A DNA stretch of 18,119 bases, taken from the IMG/VR virus record IMGVR_UViG_3300043803_001772; one strand, 5' to 3'. Positions 6,636-11,723 of this stretch are shown here, in pieces. The stretch is from a virus (Duplodnaviria; Heunggongvirae; Uroviricota; Caudoviricetes). The position numbers and the translations under genes were made by a program. Under the pieces are notes generated by a model. It saw only the letters and a list, made by a program, of their open reading frames with translations, did no database searches and was not told the origin of the DNA. The first letter of the stretch is position 1; the number at the start of each line of letters is the position of its first letter.

Positions 6636-6712
6636 TGGTTGCTGAAGCGTAGGAATCGCACCTACTTAATGAGTGGTTATGAGCCACCCCCAGATCTAAC
6701 CTGCCGCCAGCT
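6636..6712 (-). tRNA. atypical initiator-like tRNA, anticodon CAT
   Basis: A1xA72 mismatch, A11:U24, loop CTCATAA, perfect GTAGG/CCTAC T-stem with loop TGCGATT, 2-nt bulge in the 3' acceptor strand, CCA. Confidence 0.65.
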
Positions 6713-6719
6713 ATTAAAT

Positions 6720-6854
6720 TGTGTTGGTTTCGATAATACACGGAGGTTTATTTCAACGAACTAGCGTTTTTTATTGACTCACAATTATCATTTTTTTCTC
6801 AGGTTTGTACGCTTTTCAGCGTTCCATCAATCTGATACTCTATTTTCCACCAAC
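6720..6854 (-). ncRNA. unassigned structured RNA (element Y2)
   Basis: closed by GTTGGT/ACCAAC; ACGCT-GAAA-AGCGT hairpin at 6809-6822; shares ATAGAGTAT and a 12-nt 3' end with Y1. Confidence 0.45.
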
Positions 6855-6860
6855 TAAAAT

Positions 6861-6873
6861 TATCAAAAGAACA
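6861..6873 (-). promoter_or_regulatory. boxA-like site (variant)
   Basis: TGTTCTTTTGATA between Y1 and Y2. Confidence 0.4.
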
Positions 6874-6884
6874 AATTAAAAATT

Positions 6885-7040
6885 GTGTTGGGTGTGTTTA
6901 TTGAATACTCTATCCACCCAACAAACAGAGTATACCATATGCTAACCCCGCAACCAAGAAGTTTTTTAAGAGACTTCCAACTCTAGGGGCGTTTTGGTTA
7001 TTTACCCTCCACCATTCCGTTTCTTTTAAGCAACGGACAA
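6885..7040 (-). ncRNA. unassigned structured RNA with a 3' H-type pseudoknot (element Y1)
   Basis: TCCGTT/AACGGA and CCCC/GGGG-GAAGT/ACTTC hairpins; interleaved 7-bp and 8-bp perfect stems at 6887-6933. Confidence 0.5.
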
Positions 7041-7046
7041 ACAAAA

Positions 7047-7121
7047 TGGTAGTCTGTAGGGGAATCGAACCCCTCTTACCGGAGTGAAAATCCAGTGTCC
7101 TAGCCGATAGACGAACAGACC
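7047..7121 (-). tRNA. tRNA-Glu(UUC)
   Basis: GGTCTGT/ACAGACT-A-CCA, loop TTTTCAC, TTCGATT T-loop. Confidence 0.92.
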
Positions 7122-7128
7122 GTTAAAA

Positions 7129-7205
7129 TGGTGGCCCCGGTGGGACTCGAACCCACGACCAAAAGCTTAAAAGGCTTCTGCTACTACCAACTGAGCTACA
7201 AGGCC
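7129..7205 (-). tRNA. tRNA-Lys(UUU)
   Basis: GGCCTTG/CGGGGCC-A-CCA, loop CTTTTAA, TTCGAGT T-loop. Confidence 0.92.
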
Positions 7206-7213
7206 ATTAAAAT

Positions 7214-7226
7214 TTGTTAAAGAACT
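7214..7226 (-). promoter_or_regulatory. boxA-like site
   Basis: AGTTCTTTAACAA between the promoter and tRNA-Lys. Confidence 0.6.
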
Positions 7227-7238
7227 TACTACTTTTTT

Positions 7239-7266
7239 ATCTTACCACACATTCTTAACTTGTCAA
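7239..7266 (-). promoter_or_regulatory. sigma70-like promoter
   Basis: TTGACA-N16-TAAGAT with TGTGTGG before the -10. Confidence 0.78.
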
Positions 7267-7270
7267 CTAT

Positions 7271-7378
7271 TTCTTTGTTCTTTGTTGGTGACCCCCTTCG
7301 GTTAAAGGCCGAGGCAGTTCCGCCATACGTAGATGTTCTAGAGGAGTGCTTCTCCCACCGTGCTTAAAGAACAAAGAA
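7271..7378 (-). ncRNA. 108-nt element with perfect 13-bp terminal inverted repeats (element W)
   Basis: TTCTTTGTTCTTT/AAAGAACAAAGAA enclose several short GC-rich hairpins; has its own upstream promoter. Confidence 0.5.
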
Positions 7379-7399
7379 TCGTTTACTTACTACTTCTTT

Positions 7400-7427
7400 A
7401 TCTTAACATTTAATTTTCAAAGATCAA
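7400..7427 (-). promoter_or_regulatory. sigma70-like promoter driving element W
   Basis: TTGATC-N16-TAAGAT followed by the same AGTAGTAAGT leader as the promoters at 5393 and 7239. Confidence 0.65.
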
Positions 7428-7495
7428 CAACTTTCTTTCAAAAGTTTTGAGGTAACATATAAATATATAAAAATATTAGTAAATTACCGAAAAAG

Positions 7496-7570
7496 TGGTA
7501 CCCCCATTAGGATTTGAACCTAAACAAAGGCTTTAGAAGAACCTTGTGCTATCCATTACACTATGAGGGC
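7496..7570 (-). tRNA. tRNA-Arg(UCU)
   Basis: GCCCTCA/TGGGGGT-A-CCA, loop CTTCTAA, TTCAAAT T-loop. Confidence 0.92.
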
Positions 7571-7578
7571 ACTGAAAC

Positions 7579-7911
7579 TTACTTACCGTTATCAAGTTCT
7601 TTACGAAGAGCTTTACCAAGTTCAGTTAGTTGAAACAATGGTTCACCGTCTTCGTTATGACCGGATACATATAATAGACCATCTTCTACCATTTTGTCAA
7701 CTGTTTCTTTAACTTCTGACAACACAAGTTCGTTATAGATTACTTCTGCTTCAAACTCATTGCATTCAAGTTCTTTCATAATTACTTGAATACAAGCTTC
7801 TTTTTCTTCGACTTTGACTTGTTCTTCAACTTTATCAACGTCTAAGTTGGAACAATGACTGAGCAGATCATCGATTGATCCGGTAAAGTTGTCTGTGATA
7901 TATTTATCCAT
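7579..7911 (-). CDS. hypothetical acidic protein, possibly winged-helix-like
   Basis: 110 aa; helical, ending in GLLYVSG...GEPLFQLTELGK, which resembles a wHTH wing. Confidence 0.65.
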   Translation of the reverse strand: MDKYITDNFTGSIDDLLSHCSNLDVDKVEEQVKVEEKEACIQVIMKELECNEFEAEVIYNELVLSEVKETVDKMVEDGLLYVSGHNEDGEPLFQLTELGKALRKELDNGK

Positions 7912-7925
7912 TGTATGGTCTTTTA

Positions 7926-8216
7926 TTAGGCTACCCAGGCGAATTCTACGTTCTTGTAATAACGAACGGATCGCTTTGCGATGCTGTCAAGTGACTTACT
8001 GACATTGTGGGGAACACGAACATTCTTACCCCAACCATTTTCAGCTCGGCCTAGAGCAATAGCGAATCCCTTGCGTTTATCAAAACGATCACCGGCTTTG
8101 GTATTTGTATAACTCCAACCAACACGAACTGAGTCATTAATAACTGTGGCTACCACATAACCACGGGGTTGACCATTGCGGTCACGTACCAACTGCTTGA
8201 GTGTAGTGTCTTTCAT
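7926..8216 (-). CDS. conserved small phage protein
   Basis: GWS...DRFDKRKGFAIALGRA motif; start placed at MKDTT (8216) to avoid a 50-nt overlap with the upstream ORF (ORF track start is 8291). Confidence 0.65.
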   Translation of the reverse strand: MKDTTLKQLVRDRNGQPRGYVVATVINDSVRVGWSYTNTKAGDRFDKRKGFAIALGRAENGWGKNVRVPHNVSKSLDSIAKRSVRYYKNVEFAWVA

Positions 8217-8241
8217 ATAACTTGTTTTTAAATGTTTTGGT

Positions 8242-8424
8242 TTACTTTCCTTCGACGTATCGGAGTAGATCACGATTTGGTTCGACCCCAATCTTTTCGT
8301 CTACAGTCTGCTTGATAGCAGCTTTGTAATAATATTCTGCGTATAGATCTGTTAGTTGTAGTTTGCGTTCAGCGATTTTTTCTTTGAGGTTATTAATAAC
8401 TGTTTGAGTTGTCTTCGTCTTCAT
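8242..8424 (-). CDS. hypothetical protein
   Basis: 60 aa, coiled-coil-like, in the minus-strand gene run. Confidence 0.55.
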   Translation of the reverse strand: MKTKTTQTVINNLKEKIAERKLQLTDLYAEYYYKAAIKQTVDEKIGVEPNRDLLRYVEGK

Positions 8425-8548
8425 ACTTTGAATTGTAACGTGATGGCTTTACTTCAGTATTTTGCCATTTCTTGTTAGTCTTTTTATTTGCTTTGTTGCG
8501 CCAATTTCCTTCGTTGCGTGAACGACGATCTTTGAATGACTTTCCCAT
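8393..8548 (-). CDS. small basic protein (not in the ORF track)
   Basis: translated by hand: MGKSFKDRRSRNEGNWRNKANKKTNKKWQNTEVKPSRYNSKYEDEDNSNSY (51 aa); fills the gap between genes. Confidence 0.55.
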   Translation of the reverse strand: MGKSFKDRRSRNEGNWRNKANKKTNKKWQNTEVKPSRYNSKYEDEDNSNSY

Positions 8549-8575
8549 ATACTACTTTTAAAAATAAATAGTGTT

Positions 8576-8610
8576 AGAAAAAGGGATTAATAAGTTTTTT
8601 TATTAACCCC
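8576..8610 (-). terminator. intrinsic terminator
   Basis: GGGGTTAATA...TATTAATCCC hairpin followed by TTTTT on the minus strand, just downstream of ORF 8627-8905. Confidence 0.5.
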
Positions 8611-8626
8611 TCAATCTTTGAACTGT

Positions 8627-8905
8627 TTAATTTGCAGAAGTCTGAGACGATTCAGCAGTAGTAGTTGTTGCGGCAACAGCGGGAGTTGCGTCGTAGGTAT
8701 ATACGATACTTGGCTTACCACGCTTACCGGTCTTCTGTGATCCACTAATCTTGTATCGACCAGCGGTTACATTACGTTTAACGTGCATCCGAATTGTCGG
8801 AGCCTTAACGTTGACGTTGATGTTAATCAGATCAACAATAGTGAAATTGCGATCAGTGATTTCGTTTACTGCGGTTGCCTTACGGCCTGTCTTGTTCTTG
8901 TTCAT
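8627..8905 (-). CDS. putative winged-helix DNA-binding protein
   Basis: FTIVDL...VKAPTIRMHV...KTGKRGKPSIVY pattern typical of a wHTH wing; has its own promoter. Confidence 0.55.
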   Translation of the reverse strand: MNKNKTGRKATAVNEITDRNFTIVDLININVNVKAPTIRMHVKRNVTAGRYKISGSQKTGKRGKPSIVYTYDATPAVAATTTTAESSQTSAN

Positions 8906-8944
8906 ATTTTTTATTTTTTGTTAATGTTAACCGACTACAAATTC

Positions 8945-8973
8945 ATCTTACCACATACTTTAAACAATGTCAA
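8945..8973 (-). promoter_or_regulatory. sigma70-like promoter
   Basis: TTGACA-N17-TAAGAT with TGTGG before the -10. Confidence 0.75.
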
Positions 8974-8983
8974 CGTTCTTTTT

Positions 8984-9193
8984 TTAAATCTTTCGAGCTG
9001 ATTCAAAAACCAGAGCATTGGTGAGATCACCAAAGCCATAACGCTTGCCATTTCGATCAAACGTAGTGTCGCTGCTCTTGCTGTAATAACCAACGTTCTC
9101 ACCATTAGGACCGTGAGCGTAAACTACGTTGCCACTATCTTTTACATATCCAATTCGGACGTTCTTACCATCCATAATATACTTTGTACTCAT
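8984..9193 (-). CDS. hypothetical protein with short beta-hairpin repeats
   Basis: 69 aa with repeated D/G-x-N-G-x-x-I/V/Y-G units. Confidence 0.6.
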   Translation of the reverse strand: MSTKYIMDGKNVRIGYVKDSGNVVYAHGPNGENVGYYSKSSDTTFDRNGKRYGFGDLTNALVFESARKI

Positions 9194-9202
9194 ATTTTGT
9201 TT

Positions 9203-9745
9203 TTAGTTGTTATCAATAAAGTTACGATAAAATCCCATCACAATTCCACTGGTAGTACCCACATTAAGTGAACGTACACTACCATACGCAGGAATGGTTA
9301 CAATATAATCAGCATTGTCAAGAATATAATCACTCAACCCACTCTTTTCTTCACCAAATACAAACATTGGCTTATCTACACCAGTAAATACCCAGTGGTT
9401 AAAAATAGATACAGTCTTGTCACTATACTTGGGAATGTTGTTTTCTACTGCAATTAGTGTATAACCGTTGTCATTCACATACGCAACAAAGTCTTGTTCT
9501 GTCTTTATGTGACTGAGATCGGTGTAATGATGAGTGCCAACAGTACCACGGCGATCCCACTGCTTACTACCACCAACATACATTGCTTCCTTGAAGCCAA
9601 AGAAGTTGGCGTTGCGTACTAGAGTGGATAGATTAAAGTCACCGTTAACGTGCATCATAGCAACACCAGCGTCAATACAGGTGTCCTTACAATACGACTT
9701 GATATCGTCCACACTCTTGTTCTTCAGATGATCCAAAACATTCAT
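9203..9745 (-). CDS. SpoU/TrmH-family (SPOUT) RNA 2'-O-methyltransferase
   Basis: motif 1 NLSTLVRNANFFG, motif 2 VFGEEKSGLS, motif 3 IPAYGSVRSLNVG. Confidence 0.9.
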   Translation of the reverse strand: MNVLDHLKNKSVDDIKSYCKDTCIDAGVAMMHVNGDFNLSTLVRNANFFGFKEAMYVGGSKQWDRRGTVGTHHYTDLSHIKTEQDFVAYVNDNGYTLIAVENNIPKYSDKTVSIFNHWVFTGVDKPMFVFGEEKSGLSDYILDNADYIVTIPAYGSVRSLNVGTTSGIVMGFYRNFIDNN

Positions 9746-9779
9746 AGTAAAATTACTTTACCACGAAGTTTATAATAAG

Positions 9780-10031
9780 TCAATTCTTTTTCTTAATTGT
9801 CTTTTTGGACTTATTCTCTGATTCTTTTGCATATTCTACAGGAGTGTTTGCAACTGTAGATTTGCTGTTAGCATATTCCTTTTCAGCTTCTTCAATTACA
9901 GCTTTAACAAAATCTGTAAGTAGACCGCTCCAATTATTTCGTTCACTATCTTCTACGATTGCCAGTTTTTTCCATCGTGGCAATTCGTTGAATTTGCGTT
10001 GATATACTGTTTTATAGAATGATGCAGTCAT
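9780..10031 (-). CDS. hypothetical protein
   Basis: 83 aa ORF in the gene run. Confidence 0.65.
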   Translation of the reverse strand: MTASFYKTVYQRKFNELPRWKKLAIVEDSERNNWSGLLTDFVKAVIEEAEKEYANSKSTVANTPVEYAKESENKSKKTIKKKN

Positions 10032-10043
10032 ATAGTATAAATA

Positions 10044-10295
10044 TTAAAATGAAGTACTCAAACGACTAGCATATGCCATATTGCTAGCTTTTCCTTTGCG
10101 GTATGACACTTTGGAATAGTTGTCAAATGCTTTCTTTGAAGTAATTACAATACTACCCGCAGTTTTGTGTCCAAAGTGCAAGTAACCATACTTTTGGCTA
10201 CGTTTAGCCGATTGTTCGCCACACGGCAAACAAATCTTGTAACCAAGTTCATAACGTTCAGGATGAATATCGTTTCCACAGCCACATTTGATCAT
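10044..10295 (-). CDS. DksA/TraR-like C4 zinc-finger protein
   Basis: CGCGNDIHPERYELGYKICLPC matches the C..CG..I..ER......C..C pattern. Confidence 0.65.
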   Translation of the reverse strand: MIKCGCGNDIHPERYELGYKICLPCGEQSAKRSQKYGYLHFGHKTAGSIVITSKKAFDNYSKVSYRKGKASNMAYASRLSTSF

Positions 10296-10303
10296 ATATA
10301 AAA

Positions 10304-10332
10304 AGTGTACATCAAGAGCTGGCAGCGGTCAA
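10304..10332 (-). promoter_or_regulatory. sigma70-like promoter
   Basis: TTGACC-N17-TACACT, 8 nt upstream of the ATG at 10295. Confidence 0.65.
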
Positions 10333-10360
10333 TAAAAAAAGCGTACCGAGTGGTACGCTT
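10333..10360 (-). terminator. intrinsic terminator
   Basis: AAGCGTACC-ACTC-GGTACGCTT followed by a T run on the minus strand. Confidence 0.8.
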
Positions 10361-10367
10361 GTTGTTT

Positions 10368-10877
10368 TTAATTGGTAGGTTCGTGGTGATAATCAGATCG
10401 AAGGTGAACTAGTTCAGCGTGTAGCTTGTTGAGTTCAGATTCGTAAATATCCAATTTACGTTCAATGTCACTGATTTTTTGTAGTCTCGCATCAAGAATG
10501 TAATCTGGATCTGAATGTTCTCTGTTCTTGATATCTTTTTCTAGAACACAACCGATGTGATTTGTGCCAAAAAGATACTCAACGTCATCATTATAAGTAT
10601 TTTTACCGCAGTAACTGCAAGTCCACTTTTCTTTTCGTTCATCTGCAATGATTTTGTTTAACCTAGTTAATGTTTCTACAACTTCGGTATTAGATTCGGC
10701 GTTAAGAATATCATATGCCCAATTTAAAGCATTATCTTCACGGTCTTCTAATTCTGGGTAAAGTTTGATTAGTTCTTTCTCAATTAGATTGATGTATGGA
10801 TCAATTTGTTCTTTTTGAATTGTACGCAATGCTTTTGCGTATGTTAGTATGATGTTTTTGCTTATTGTGTTATTCAT
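10368..10877 (-). CDS. hypothetical protein with a zinc-ribbon-like motif and C-terminal coiled coil
   Basis: CSYCG...NHIGC; 169 aa. Confidence 0.7.
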   Translation of the reverse strand: MNNTISKNIILTYAKALRTIQKEQIDPYINLIEKELIKLYPELEDREDNALNWAYDILNAESNTEVVETLTRLNKIIADERKEKWTCSYCGKNTYNDDVEYLFGTNHIGCVLEKDIKNREHSDPDYILDARLQKISDIERKLDIYESELNKLHAELVHLRSDYHHEPTN

Positions 10878-10878
10878 A

Positions 10879-11034
10879 TTAGTTTTTGATTAAAGCTCTT
10901 AATACTTCTTTAACTGTGAAGTAGAATATAAACGGAATTAGTACCACAAAGAAAATTGCTAATACTAATAATAGTCCTACTGCAAATATAGTACCAAAAA
11001 TCAATCCAAGAATCAAGTTTATAATTTTGTTCAT
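10879..11034 (-). CDS. small membrane protein (not in the ORF track)
   Basis: MNKIINLILGLIFGTIFAVGLLLVLAIFFVVLIPFIFYFTVKEVLRALIKN (51 aa); ATGA overlap with the upstream stop. Confidence 0.7.
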   Translation of the reverse strand: MNKIINLILGLIFGTIFAVGLLLVLAIFFVVLIPFIFYFTVKEVLRALIKN

Positions 11035-11297
11035 TTTTTTAAAAATCTATTGTATATTAGTTTTCCAAGATTTGCTGCAAATTTACGTGCTTTCTTTTCT
11101 GGCAAATCAAAGAAATGTGCGTGAAATACTTCTTCTATCAAGACGTTTAGTTGTCTGCGTGATTTTAAGTTGGGGTCTACAATTATTGAAGGATGTTTAC
11201 TATTGGGATTGTAACATAATCCAGATGCTTTATATTTACCCAAGGGTTTATTATAATTTACACTATACTCTACCCCTTCAAAATTCTTGAATTTCAT
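11031..11297 (-). CDS. small zincin-like protein with EExxH instead of HExxH
   Basis: GLC...IIVDPNL...LNVLIEEVFHAHF layout resembles phage mini-zincins. Confidence 0.55.
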   Translation of the reverse strand: MKFKNFEGVEYSVNYNKPLGKYKASGLCYNPNSKHPSIIVDPNLKSRRQLNVLIEEVFHAHFFDLPEKKARKFAANLGKLIYNRFLKK

Positions 11298-11482
11298 TAT
11301 TCACCTTTCACAAAACTCTTCTTTGTTTCTTTAAGAAGAATACTAATATCATCAAGACTACGTATTCTATCGCGATATAAAATTTCTGTTTTCACTCGTT
11401 CTTCATCAATAAGTTTAATTAACTCATTTAGTTTCTGCATAGTGACTACTGGTTTCGTTCGTTCAAATTCATTTACATTCAT
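11297..11482 (-). CDS. hypothetical protein
   Basis: 61 aa, abuts its neighbours. Confidence 0.6.
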   Translation of the reverse strand: MNVNEFERTKPVVTMQKLNELIKLIDEERVKTEILYRDRIRSLDDISILLKETKKSFVKGE

Positions 11483-11723
11483 TTAGAAACTCCTTTAATT
11501 GTTTTTGGTTTTCTGTATTTAAGATAACGAAATCAGACCATGGTTTACCATATCTAAGTATTTGCCAGCACCATCTTAGTCTTTCTGACCAACATAATGT
11601 TCTACCTTTAAGTCCCCGTTCAAACAAGCTCAAAGACACTTCATTTTCATCTTTAAATTTTTCTACAAGAAGACCGTGTTCATAACAGTCACAAATCAAA
11701 AAAATTGAGTCTTGATCTTTCAT
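11469..11723 (-). CDS. hypothetical phage protein
   Basis: 84 aa, CDC..HGL motif, overlapping start and stop with neighbours. Confidence 0.65.
   Translation of the reverse strand: MKDQDSIFLICDCYEHGLLVEKFKDENEVSLSLFERGLKGRTLCWSERLRWCWQILRYGKPWSDFVILNTENQKQLKEFLNECK

Noticed and set aside
6419-6764. ORFs 6419-6661 (-) and 6453-6764 (+)
   Set aside because: They overlap two tRNA-like genes and a promoter, and arise from locally higher GC content
6720-7045. tmRNA (pseudoknot plus an A-rich frame EKNDNCESIKNASSLK*)
   Set aside because: No tRNA-like domain with T-arm and CCA on the same strand, and the peptide lacks an Ala-rich hydrophobic tail
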